From Candidatus Eiseniibacteriota bacterium (GTDB lineage: Bacteria; Eisenbacteria; RBG-16-71-46), in contig JANLWX010000071.1 in the NCBI GenBank assembly GCA_031364845.1, forward strand, positions 1 through 33,368: a stretch of DNA of 33,368 nucleotides, read 5' to 3'. This document shows positions 1-8,666 of the stretch, one piece after another (positions within the stretch are counted from its first letter, which is position 1; each line of letters opens with the position of its first letter). The position numbers and the translations under genes are program-made. The notes beneath the pieces are model-generated. The model saw nothing but the letters and a program-made list of their open reading frames with translations. It had not been told where the DNA came from and did not search any database.

Positions 1-1614
1 GAAGTGATCGATGTACGCCCACTCCACACCGTACAGCTCGTCGACCTTGCACACGCCGCGCGCGTGTCCGTAGTACTTGCGCACGAGGTCGAGGTAGAGC
101 TTCGACATGTTCTCGCCGGTCAGCGTCTCGCCCTTCTCGGCGCGCTCGTGGATCGCCAGCTCGAACTCCGCGAACATCGTCTGGCGGAACAACGTGCCGC
201 GCAGGTTGTCGAGGTAGCTGCCGAGCAGGAACAACCGCGTGTCGCGATCCGGCTTGCGATTCAGCATGTCGTGCAGCAGCAGGTTCTCGTTGAGCGTCGA
301 GGCGACTTCGGCGACAAACGTGGCGTAGTCGCTCGACACATACGGCTGGTGCTTGTACGAGAAGTACGTGTGCATCGAGTGGCCGGACTCGTGCGCGAGT
401 GTGGAAACTTCCTCGTAGAGCCCGGTGAAGTTCTGCAGCTGATACGGATGCACGTCGTAGGCGCCGGTGCTGTAGGCGCCGCCCGACTTGCCGGTGGTCG
501 GCATCCAGTCGACCCAGCCGTTCGTGAACGACTTGCCGAGCACCTCGCCGTACTCCTTGCCGAGCGGCTTCACGGCTGCGAGCGTCAACTCCATCGCCTG
601 CTCCGGTGTGTACTTGAGATCCACGCTCTTGATGATCGGCGCGTAAAGGTCTTCGTAGCGCAGCGTGTCGACGGCCATCATGCGCTTGCGCAGCTTGAGG
701 TAGCGGTGGAGCGTCGGCAGGTTCGCGTTCACGTCGGCGATCAGCTGCGTGTAGACGCGCGAGGGAACGTTGTCGCGGAACAGCGATGCTTCGAGGCCGC
801 TCTTGAACTTGTGGACGTCCTTGTTGAAGATCGACGTGCGCATCTCGGAATTGAGCGAGGCGCCCAGCGTGCCCTGGAACTCGCGATGCTTGCCCCAGAA
901 CGCCTGGAACACCTTGATGCGATCGGCGCGATTGGGCAGCGCGCGATACTGGGTGTAGGCGGCCTGGTCGATGCGGATCTTCTCGCCGGTCGAGAGTGTG
1001 ACTTCGGGATACGGCAGTTCCGCGTTAGTGAGCTGGCCGCGGATGGTGCCCGGCGCGCCGCCCATCAGGCCGGCCTGTGCGGCGATCTTTTCCTCTTCCG
1101 GCGTCAGCGTGTGCGGCGCGCGCCGCAGGATGTCGTCGAGATACATTCGGTACTTCGTGAGCCGCGAATCGCCGCTCACGAACCCGCGCACGCGATCGGA
1201 GCCGATCTTCAGGATCTCGGGGCGCACGTAGGCGGTGGACGAACGGAACTCCACCAGCAGCTGATCGGCGGACTCGCGCATCGCGACGTTCTGGCTGATG
1301 CGATTGTCTTCATCGCTCAGCATGCTCGAGTAGGTGTAGAGCCGCGACAGGTTCTTGTCGAGATCCATGATCGCATCGAGCGCGCGCGCGAGGGTTCCCG
1401 ACGAATCGCCGAGATGGCCCTGGAACTTGGCGAGGCTCGGGATGCGCTTGGACAGCGCCGTCTTCTCCGCCTGCCACGCCGGTACCGACTTGTAGAGATC
1501 GGTGAGATCCCACCGGTACTTGGCCGGAATCTCCGAGCGCTCGGCGCTGGTCGCGGGAATCGCGACGGCGAGCATCAGAAGCGTGAGCAGAAGGCGTGCG
1601 CGCGGCATCGACAT
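1..1614 (-). CDS. pepF: Oligoendopeptidase F (peptidase M3B) with N-terminal signal peptide; 3' end lies outside the window
   Basis: Not in the ORF track because the stop is outside the window. Manual translation from ATG 1614 gives MSMPRARLLLTLLMLAVAIPATSAERSEIPAKYRWDLTDLY. The zinc motif LAHESGHSMH is present (HExxH at 379-393), and EWAYIDHF lies at the window edge. SD-like GAGAGG upstream. Confidence 0.93.
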   Translation of the reverse strand, partial: MSMPRARLLLTLLMLAVAIPATSAERSEIPAKYRWDLTDLYKSVPAWQAEKTALSKRIPSLAKFQGHLGDSSGTLARALDAIMDLDKNLSRLYTYSSMLSDEDNRISQNVAMRESADQLLVEFRSSTAYVRPEILKIGSDRVRGFVSGDSRLTKYRMYLDDILRRAPHTLTPEEEKIAAQAGLMGGAPGTIRGQLTNAELPYPEVTLSTGEKIRIDQAAYTQYRALPNRADRIKVFQAFWGKHREFQGTLGASLNSEMRTSIFNKDVHKFKSGLEASLFRDNVPSRVYTQLIADVNANLPTLHRYLKLRKRMMAVDTLRYEDLYAPIIKSVDLKYTPEQAMELTLAAVKPLGKEYGEVLGKSFTNGWVDWMPTTGKSGGAYSTGAYDVHPYQLQNFTGLYEEVSTLAHESGHSMHTYFSYKHQPYVSSDYATFVAEVASTLNENLLLHDMLNRKPDRDTRLFLLGSYLDNLRGTLFRQTMFAEFELAIHERAEKGETLTGENMSKLYLDLVRKYYGHARGVCKVDELYGVEWAYIDHF

Positions 1615-1687
1615 GGAAATCCTCTCAGGTCGGGTGGAGCGTCACCGCGCGATGGGGCGCGGAACGGCGTCGTAATCGGGACGCCGC

Positions 1688-1696
1688 ATGCTATCA
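1688..1696 (-). promoter_or_regulatory. Putative extended -10 promoter (TGaTAGCAT) for pepF
   Basis: Minus strand reads TGATAGCAT about 75 nt upstream of the pepF ATG. Motif match only. Confidence 0.4.
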
Positions 1697-1782
1697 CCGC
1701 GCTGAGGTTGGCGGCGACAGGCCCCGCACCAGCGCGCCGGAAGCGGTGGCGAGCGGGGGAGTGCATGCGGAATGGCCGGTCC

Positions 1783-2784
1783 TCAACGCCCCATCATCAT
1801 GTGGATCTGCCACAGGTCGCGGCTGTGCGTGCGCAGGAACGGCAGAATCGCGAGCCGCCCGGCGGGGCCGATCGAGCGTTCGAGAAACCTCAGCTCCTCG
1901 AAGTTTGATTGGACCTGGGGATCGACCGGCAGCGCGATGCCGGCGGAGCGTGCGATCAGAATGCCCTTCGCGCGCAACGAGAGTTCGAGCTGGATCTGGA
2001 GCAGGCACAGGATGTCCGCGACGACGGCAGGCGGAAAGCGGTGCTTCAATGAATCGAGATAGCGTCCCACACGCGTGCCCGAGATCTCGCCGTTCATGAT
2101 CAGATCGAGCAGCTCGGATTCGGTATCGAGGCTCATGCCGAGCCACTCGCGGGTCGCGCGTTCGCTGCGCGTGAACACCACGATCAGCAACAACGGCATC
2201 GTCACCAGCATGATCGCGATCGTGATCAGCGGCTGGAATGTGAGGTGGTTGAAGGCCGCATGCGCGACGACGGCGATGGCGAGGCCGGGGAGGAACCACG
2301 CGAGCGCCTTCGAGCGATGGCGATCGGTGAGGTCCTTGGAGACCACGGCGGCGATCGCCGTGGTGCAACCGTGCATCACCGCCGTTCCGAGACCACGCAC
2401 GATCCACAGCAGCGGGTTCGGATCTCCGATGGCGCGCATGTAGTAGAGGTTCTCGACCAGCGCGAAGCCGGCGCCGATCGCGAAGCCGAGGATGCCCGCG
2501 TCCACCAGGAAGCCGGCGCGATCGCGCCGGATGATCACGATCACCCACGCCAGCTTGAGCGATTCTTCGATGATCGGCGCGATGACGCCTTTGAGCGCAG
2601 CCGGTGGAGCATGCGCGTAACGCAGAGCAAGAAGGTTGGCGCCGTAGGCGACGAGCGCCGCGATCGCGCCTAGGGTCAGCGCGCGCAGCACCGTGCGGCG
2701 CGCGACCAACTGATAGCGATCCATCATCAGCAGCGCGCCGAGGAACAGCAGCACCGGCAGCAGCCCGGCGGCGAACGGAATCAC
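1783..2784 (-). CDS. prsW: PrsW-family intramembrane glutamic protease with C-terminal soluble extension
   Basis: Motifs APIIEESLK, GFALVENLYY, MHGCTT and AHAAFNH lie in a multi-TM protein. The likely GTG start (2784) overlaps the anti-sigma stop (GTGA). The upstream part of the 600-aa ORF overlaps the anti-sigma gene in another frame. Confidence 0.9.
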   Translation of the reverse strand: MIPFAAGLLPVLLFLGALLMMDRYQLVARRTVLRALTLGAIAALVAYGANLLALRYAHAPPAALKGVIAPIIEESLKLAWVIVIIRRDRAGFLVDAGILGFAIGAGFALVENLYYMRAIGDPNPLLWIVRGLGTAVMHGCTTAIAAVVSKDLTDRHRSKALAWFLPGLAIAVVAHAAFNHLTFQPLITIAIMLVTMPLLLIVVFTRSERATREWLGMSLDTESELLDLIMNGEISGTRVGRYLDSLKHRFPPAVVADILCLLQIQLELSLRAKGILIARSAGIALPVDPQVQSNFEELRFLERSIGPAGRLAILPFLRTHSRDLWQIHMMMGR

Positions 2785-3533
2785 TGTGAGCTTCGGTTCA
2801 ACTCGCCGCGGCTCGTCATTCCACCCGAGCGCAGGGTGACGCGCATCGGACGCTTCGCCGCCTTCGCACCTTTGAGCAGCACTGTGCAGCGCATCTCGCC
2901 TGCGAATTCGAGCCCGATCGTTCCGGTCGTGAGCGCGACGCGCAGCGGCCGCCCCTCGATCTCGCGCACCGACTCTGCGGTGAGCGTGGCGTCGTGCTCG
3001 ATCACGATCTCTGCGGTGCCACCGGCGTTGGTCTCCATGCGCGCCGCGATGCCCTTCGGCATCGCGACGAGTTCGATCATGAGCGTCGAGGTGCCCGCGG
3101 CGAGCGACAGCCGGTCGATGGTTGCGGTGCCGGGTTCGGGCATCATCGTTCCGCTCGTGGGCAGGTTGCGCAGGTCGCCGCGGTTTGCGACAAGCGGCCA
3201 GATCAGGATGCCCGCGACCGCACCGATCGCGAACGCCGAAGCGAGCCGCAGTCCGATCGCGCGCCCGATGCGTTCCCGCGCACCTTCGAAGTGACCCGTT
3301 GCCGACGACTGACGATCGGCGTGAACCGCGCGCATGATCGCGGGCTTGAGATCGAGCGGAGGTTCCACGTTGCGGACTCGCGCGAGCGTCGTGTGCGTGG
3401 TTTCGAAATCCAGCCACCGTTCGCGCGCCGCGGGATCCGAAGCGAGGCGCGCATCGAGTGTCGCGCGCTGCTGCGGTGTCGCGTTGCCGTCGAGCACGGC
3501 GTGGGCGAGTGCGTCGAACGCTTCGTCGATCAT
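2781..3533 (-). CDS. Membrane-anchored anti-sigma factor
   Basis: N-terminal anti-sigma-like helices (AVLDGNATPQQRATLDARLASDPAARERW), one TM segment (LASAFAIGAVAGILIWPLV) and a C-terminal extracytoplasmic domain. ATGA overlap with the ECF sigma stop. Confidence 0.8.
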   Translation of the reverse strand: MIDEAFDALAHAVLDGNATPQQRATLDARLASDPAARERWLDFETTHTTLARVRNVEPPLDLKPAIMRAVHADRQSSATGHFEGARERIGRAIGLRLASAFAIGAVAGILIWPLVANRGDLRNLPTSGTMMPEPGTATIDRLSLAAGTSTLMIELVAMPKGIAARMETNAGGTAEIVIEHDATLTAESVREIEGRPLRVALTTGTIGLEFAGEMRCTVLLKGAKAAKRPMRVTLRSGGMTSRGELNRSSQ

Positions 3534-4075
3534 GCGGAGGTGATCCCTCTCTGGCGCAGCCGGGCGCCGAGCAACTGGCGCGCACTGTAGAGCCGCGACT
3601 TCACCGTCTTCTCGGGGATCGACAGAAGCTCTGCGATCTCCTGATAGGCCAGCTGTTGAAAGTGACGCAACACGATCACCTCGCGGTATTCGGGAGTCAG
3701 CTCCATCAACGCGCCCTGAATGTGTTGTGTGATCTCGCTTGCGTGCGCTTCGTCATCGGGCTCGGCGTCCGATGATGGCATCCGTTCATCCAGCTCCGAG
3801 TGTTTGCGACGGCGCTGCACGAAGTTCAACGACTCGTTGAGCATGATCCGGTAAACCCAGCTGTAGAAGCGATGTCGGGGATCGTAGCTCGCGAGGTTGC
3901 GCCACACTTTGAGAAACACCGTCTGCGTGAGGTCGCGCGCATCCTCGCCACTGCCCGTCATCCGAAGCGCCAGGTTGTAGAGCACGCCCTGGTACTCGTC
4001 GACCAGCGCTTCGAACGCCCGGGCGTCGCCATTCTGAGCTCTGCGAATCACGGCCAGCTCTGCGTCGTCGGACAT
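3530..4075 (-). CDS. ECF RNA polymerase sigma-70 factor (RpoE/SigW-like)
   Basis: Region 2 (DARDLTQTVFLKVWRNLASYD, FYSWVYRIMLN) and region 4 (LTPEYREVIVLRHFQQLAYQEIAELLSIPEKTVKSRLYSAR). Start MSDDAEL at 4075 with GGAG upstream. Confidence 0.95.
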   Translation of the reverse strand: MSDDAELAVIRRAQNGDARAFEALVDEYQGVLYNLALRMTGSGEDARDLTQTVFLKVWRNLASYDPRHRFYSWVYRIMLNESLNFVQRRRKHSELDERMPSSDAEPDDEAHASEITQHIQGALMELTPEYREVIVLRHFQQLAYQEIAELLSIPEKTVKSRLYSARQLLGARLRQRGITSA

Positions 4076-4133
4076 CAATACACGGCTCCCGGGCCGAGGT
4101 TGGCGAAGATCTGAGGCAGGTCGGACATCGGCT

Positions 4134-4418
4134 CTATTCGATCTGAAGCAAACGGTCGAGACCCGCGTAGGCAAACACGTTACGCACCCGCGGCTTCATG
4201 TTGGTGAGGCGGAACGAGTGCCCGGCGGCGGTGAGCCGTTTGTAGGTCTCGATCAGTACCGCGATCCCGGCGCTCGAGATGTACTCGAGGTCCGCGAAGT
4301 CGGCGACCAGCGGATGATCGAAGCCGCGAAACACCTGGTAGGCGCGCTCCGACTGTGCCGCATCGAGCCGGCCGATCAGCCGGATGTTGCCTGCGGCGCC
4401 GATCTCGACGTCGAACAT
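4134..4418 (-). CDS. STAS-domain anti-anti-sigma factor (SpoIIAA/RsbV-like)
   Basis: GRLDA and DFADLEYISSAGIAVLI with the conserved phospho-acceptor Ser. ATG 4418 overlaps the upstream TGA (TGATG). Confidence 0.9.
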   Translation of the reverse strand: MFDVEIGAAGNIRLIGRLDAAQSERAYQVFRGFDHPLVADFADLEYISSAGIAVLIETYKRLTAAGHSFRLTNMKPRVRNVFAYAGLDRLLQIE

Positions 4419-4819
4419 CAGACGAGCCTCGTGGTCACGGTGACGATGCTCGTGCGATCGCGATAGGCGTAGCGGAAACTCTCGGCGATGCGTTTCACCA
4501 GATGAATGCCGAGCCCGCCCGGGCGACGTTGTTCGAGCGGTGCTTCGATGTCGACCTCGGGTGAGCGCGTCACGTCCCACTCATCGACGCCGAAATCGCG
4601 CAGCTCGATCGTGAGCCGCGCGGGATCCGCAGCGAGCCCGATCGCGATATCCTCATGGCCTCCGCCGTACTTCACCATGTTGGTGAACACTTCCTCGATC
4701 ACGAGATCCGCATCGTGCGCATGTTCCGCATCGATCCGGCGCTCGGCCAGGAATGCGTGAACGAACGCGACGATCGACTCGAGCGAAGCCACGGTCCTTG
4801 GAAAGCGGCGCATCTCCAT
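4418..4819 (-). CDS. RsbW/SpoIIAB-like anti-sigma kinase (HATPase_c_2)
   Basis: N-box EEVFTNMVKYG, G1 IELRDFG, G2 RRPGGLGIHLVKRI. Start MEMRR at 4819. Confidence 0.9.
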   Translation of the reverse strand: MEMRRFPRTVASLESIVAFVHAFLAERRIDAEHAHDADLVIEEVFTNMVKYGGGHEDIAIGLAADPARLTIELRDFGVDEWDVTRSPEVDIEAPLEQRRPGGLGIHLVKRIAESFRYAYRDRTSIVTVTTRLV

Positions 4820-4825
4820 CGCCGG

Positions 4826-4854
4826 AAGGTAGGGGCTCGAAGCGCGCGATTCAA
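4826..4854 (-). promoter_or_regulatory. Sigma70-type promoter TTGAAT-N17-TACCTT; predicted start at the ATG (leaderless)
   Basis: -35 at 4854-4849 and -10 at 4831-4826, then 6 nt to ATG 4819. No SD. Confidence 0.6.
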
Positions 4855-4901
4855 TGCGGAACGCGACGCGCGCCGCGAGCCCTGCGCGGCGCCGCCGCCC
4901 G

Positions 4902-4930
4902 TTGCGAGCCGAAGGGGACCCCGCTAGCAT
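4902..4930 (+). promoter_or_regulatory. Sigma70-type promoter TTGCGA-N17-TAGCAT for the DUF853 operon
   Basis: -35 at 4902-4907 and -10 at 4925-4930 with an exact 17-nt spacer. Divergent from the rsbW-like promoter. Confidence 0.55.
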
Positions 4931-4986
4931 GGGACGCTGTTCCCCGCGTATCGCGCCGTCGCTCACCCGCACGAGGTTCTCCGCCC

Positions 4987-6537
4987 ATGGATCCGAAGTT
5001 CATCGAGGCCGTTCGAGTCACCTATCCCGCCGCGGTCGCTTCGATCACGGTCGGCGCTCCGGTGCTCGGAACCGAATGCCATCCCGAGCCGCTCGTCTCG
5101 ATTCCGATCGCGATGATGAACCGCCACGGGCTCGTGGCCGGCGCCACCGGCACCGGAAAGACCCGCACGTTGCAGTTGCTCGCGGAACAACTGTCGGCTG
5201 CGGGCGTGCCGGTATTCCTGTCGGACGTGAAGGGCGACGTCGCGGGCATCACGATGCCGGGCGAAGCGAGTGACCGCGTGAACGCGCGCGCCACGGAGAC
5301 GGGCTACGCGTGGAAGCCGCTCGGATGTCCGGTCGAGTTCCTGAGTCTGTCCGGCAAGCGCGGCGCTCAATTGCGCGCGACGGTGTCGTCGTTCGGCCCG
5401 TTGCTGCTCGCCAAGGTGCTGGGCTTGAACGCGACGCAGACCAGCGTGCTCACGATGGTGTTCAAGTATTGCGACGATCAGAAGCTGCTGCTGCTCGACT
5501 TCAGCGACTTGCGCGCGGTGTTGCAGCATCTGAGCGGCGATGGGTCCGAGGCGCTCAAGGAATACGGCGGCATGTCCAAGACCACGGTCGGGGTGCTGCT
5601 GCGCGAGATGGTGGAACTCGAGTCGCAAGGGGCCGGCGCATTCTTCGGCGAGCCCGAGTTCGACCTCGACGACCTGATCCAGACCGAACGCGACGGCCGC
5701 GGACTCATCTCGGTGCTGGAACTCGCCGACGTGCAGGACCGTCCCGCGTTGTCGTCGACGTTCATGATGTGGCTGCTCGCGCGGCTCTACGCCGAGTTGC
5801 CCGAAGTGGGCGACATCGACAAGCCCAAGCTCGTGTTCTTCTTTGATGAAGCGCATCTGCTGTTCGACGAAGCGAGCAAGGACTTCTTGAACGAGGTCGA
5901 AAAGGTCGTGCGCCTGATTCGCTCGAAGGGTGTGGGCGTGTTCTTCGTGACCCAGAACCCGAAGGACGTGCCCGCGGACATCCTGGGCCAGCTCGGCCAC
6001 CGCGTGCAGCACGCGTTGCGCGCGTTCACGGCCGACGACGAGAAGGCGCTCAAGGCGGCGGCGCGCACGTATCCCAAGACCGAGTTCTACGATGTCGAGG
6101 AAGTGCTGACCTCGCTCGGCATCGGCGAAGCGTTCGTGACCGTGCTGTCGCCCAAGGGCGTGCCGACGCCGCCGTTCATCACGCGCGTCGTGCCGCCGGC
6201 CGCGCGCATGGGGCCGCTCACCGACGGCGAGATGGCGCAGCGCATCGGGGCGTCCGAGCAGGTCAAGCACTACGCCGAGGCGATCGATCGCAACAGCGCG
6301 CGTGAGATGCTCGCCGCGCGCGCGGGAGCGGAGACGGCCGCCGAGGCGCCGGCGGCCGGCGCTGCCCCCGCGCCGCGCTCGAGCAAGGAGCAGGACGCCG
6401 CGCCCAACATCGGCGACATGCTGAACTCGCCGCTCGCGCGCACGATCGCGGGCACGCTGACGCGCGGACTCATGGGCGCGCTGCTTCCGCGCCGCACGAC
6501 GACGCGGCGCTCGACCGCGCGCCGGCGCATCTTCTGA
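4987..6537 (+). CDS. DUF853/YjgR-family HerA-like P-loop ATPase
   Basis: MMNRHGLVAGATGTGKT (Walker A), DVKGDV, PKLVFFFDEAHLLF (Walker B), RLIRSKGVGVFFVTQNP, QLGHRVQHALRAFT. Start MDPKF at 4987. Confidence 0.93.
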   Translation: MDPKFIEAVRVTYPAAVASITVGAPVLGTECHPEPLVSIPIAMMNRHGLVAGATGTGKTRTLQLLAEQLSAAGVPVFLSDVKGDVAGITMPGEASDRVNARATETGYAWKPLGCPVEFLSLSGKRGAQLRATVSSFGPLLLAKVLGLNATQTSVLTMVFKYCDDQKLLLLDFSDLRAVLQHLSGDGSEALKEYGGMSKTTVGVLLREMVELESQGAGAFFGEPEFDLDDLIQTERDGRGLISVLELADVQDRPALSSTFMMWLLARLYAELPEVGDIDKPKLVFFFDEAHLLFDEASKDFLNEVEKVVRLIRSKGVGVFFVTQNPKDVPADILGQLGHRVQHALRAFTADDEKALKAAARTYPKTEFYDVEEVLTSLGIGEAFVTVLSPKGVPTPPFITRVVPPAARMGPLTDGEMAQRIGASEQVKHYAEAIDRNSAREMLAARAGAETAAEAPAAGAAPAPRSSKEQDAAPNIGDMLNSPLARTIAGTLTRGLMGALLPRRTTTRRSTARRRIF

Positions 6538-6560
6538 ATCGCGAAGACGAGCCCGGGCGC

Positions 6561-8663
6561 ATGAAGACCCGTCCTCGCGCGGACGCCGGCTCGGCGATGT
6601 CACGCGCCCGTGGCCGGCGCGCGTGGCCCGGGTTGCTCTTGTTGGGACTCGCGGTCGCCGCGGCAATCGCGCTCTACATCCCCGCACTCGGGACCTCGTT
6701 CTTCGCCGACGACTATTTATTCCTGGATCAGGTGCGGCAGAAGTCGCTGATCGCAGCACTCGGCACTCCGGACCCGCTGAGCAACTTCTATCGCCCGATT
6801 TCGCGACAGCTCTACTTCTGGACCGTGGCCGGAACCAGCAACGAATCCGCGCGCGTGTTCCACATTGTCGGGCTCGCGTGGTTCTCGGTGCTGCTCGCGC
6901 TTTTGTTCGGACTCGCGCGCCGGATCGCGGGCACCTATGCCGCGACCATCGCAACGGTGTTCGTGGCACTCCACTACACCGCCGATGTTCCGATCCGCTG
7001 GGCGTGCGGCAGCCAGGAGCTGCTCTCGGTGAGCGGCGCGCTCGCCGCGTTGTGGCTCCACCTGAGCGGACGGCGCGGACTCGCGGCGGTGGCCATGGCG
7101 TTCGCCGCTTTGTCCAAGGAAGTGGTGCTGCTCACTCCCTTGATCGCGGTGGTCGCCGACCGGCGCACCGGTGAAGCGTGGATCGCTTCGGCGAAGCGCG
7201 CGTGGCCGCTCGCGATCGGTGTGGCGGTGTGGGTCGCCGTGTGGGTGTTCGCGCCGCACACGCGCCAATCGGCCGGCACCGAGATCGAGCTGAATCCGTG
7301 GAGCCCGATCGCCACCTACATTCACCTGATCCAGGTGACGTTCGGCGCCGAAGCGCGCATGAACGAACTGTGGCGCCTGCCGACCGTCGGTCCGCCGCTC
7401 ATTCCGCTGGCGCTCGCGATCGCCGCGATCTTCCTGGCCGGAGCGGGCGGACGGCTGCGCGGTCTCGAGCTGAACCGCGCCGATGGAGAGAAGGTGCCCG
7501 ATGCCACACCCGCGCGCCGTCATGCGATCGTGACCGGCATCGTGTGGGCGCTGTGCGCGACGCTGCCGGTGGTCGCGGTCGCCGTGCTGTGGAGTGCCTA
7601 CTACTTCCTGTTCGCGATGTGCGGTGTGGCGATCGCGCTCGGCGCGTGGCTCAGCCTGCGCTCGCGCTGGTGGGCGGTGGCCGCGATCGGCTTGCTCGCG
7701 TGGGGCTCGCACAGTGCGCGTCACGTTCAGGAGTTCGCCACCCCGCGCAGCCCGTGGACCGCGATGTCGCACATCAACAAGTTCTACATCGAGCGCGCGA
7801 CGCGCTACTGCGAGCGCTATCTTGAGGACCTGATGCGCATGCAGCCCAAGGTTCCCAAGAGCAGCACGCTGTTCTTCGCGGGTCTCAAAGGCAACGTCGC
7901 GTTCCAGGTCGCCAACGGTCCGCTGATGCGCTGGGCCTATCGCGACTCCAGCGTGCGCTCGTACTACCTCAACAACTTCTCGCTCGAGAAAGCCCGGCGC
8001 GGACCGCACTTCGTCTACATCGGCTCGCGTGATTCGCTGCGCGAGATGGAGCGCGACGCGGAGATGTACGCGCGCATCGCCTACACCTTGCTCGTGAACG
8101 AATCGCCGGCCGGGGCACGCGATGCGCTGGTGCTCGACCTCGAACGCCGCCCCGACCATGCGCGATCGCGCTACTGGATGGCGTGGAGCCAGATGGCGCT
8201 CGGGGACATCGAAGCCGCGCGCGCCGAGCTGCAGCGCGCCGGTTACGATCCTTCGCCCGGACCCGCGGCCGAGATCGCCGAAGCGCGCGCGATCGCCCAG
8301 CGCGGCGACATCGCCGGCGCGCTCGCGATCGTGCGACCCGCTGTGCGGAGCCATGCGCTCGATCCCGCGGCCCACGCGCTGCTCGCCGACCTGCTGCTGA
8401 TCGCGAACCCCGAAGATCCCGCCGGGCCGATGGAAGCCTTCGCCGTGCGCGCGCTCGCGCCCAACGACGCGCTCTCGTGGCGGCGCTGGGGTTCGATCCA
8501 GCTCTATCGCAAGCGTTACCTGGAGGCGCTCGCGTCATTCGACCGCTACTTCAAACTCGCGGGGCTCCCGGGGCAGGGCGACGTCGAAGCGAAGAACTGG
8601 GTCGCCGAGATCAAGCGCGCGCTGCCCGGCGGCGACATCGCGCCCGAAGGACTGCGCGAGTAG
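6561..8663 (+). CDS. Polytopic membrane protein, GT-C/TMTC-like glycosyltransferase with C-terminal TPR repeats
   Basis: FFADDY after the first TM, NFYRPISR, ALSKE, many TM segments, and TPR-like helices in the last ~190 aa. Alternative start at 6597. Confidence 0.65.
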   Translation: MKTRPRADAGSAMSRARGRRAWPGLLLLGLAVAAAIALYIPALGTSFFADDYLFLDQVRQKSLIAALGTPDPLSNFYRPISRQLYFWTVAGTSNESARVFHIVGLAWFSVLLALLFGLARRIAGTYAATIATVFVALHYTADVPIRWACGSQELLSVSGALAALWLHLSGRRGLAAVAMAFAALSKEVVLLTPLIAVVADRRTGEAWIASAKRAWPLAIGVAVWVAVWVFAPHTRQSAGTEIELNPWSPIATYIHLIQVTFGAEARMNELWRLPTVGPPLIPLALAIAAIFLAGAGGRLRGLELNRADGEKVPDATPARRHAIVTGIVWALCATLPVVAVAVLWSAYYFLFAMCGVAIALGAWLSLRSRWWAVAAIGLLAWGSHSARHVQEFATPRSPWTAMSHINKFYIERATRYCERYLEDLMRMQPKVPKSSTLFFAGLKGNVAFQVANGPLMRWAYRDSSVRSYYLNNFSLEKARRGPHFVYIGSRDSLREMERDAEMYARIAYTLLVNESPAGARDALVLDLERRPDHARSRYWMAWSQMALGDIEAARAELQRAGYDPSPGPAAEIAEARAIAQRGDIAGALAIVRPAVRSHALDPAAHALLADLLLIANPEDPAGPMEAFAVRALAPNDALSWRRWGSIQLYRKRYLEALASFDRYFKLAGLPGQGDVEAKNWVAEIKRALPGGDIAPEGLRE

Positions 8664-8666
8664 GTT

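Noticed and set aside
4..1908. 634-aa plus-strand ORF
   Set aside because: Antisense shadow of pepF, which has clear M3B motifs on the minus strand. Long stop-free antisense frames are expected at this GC content.
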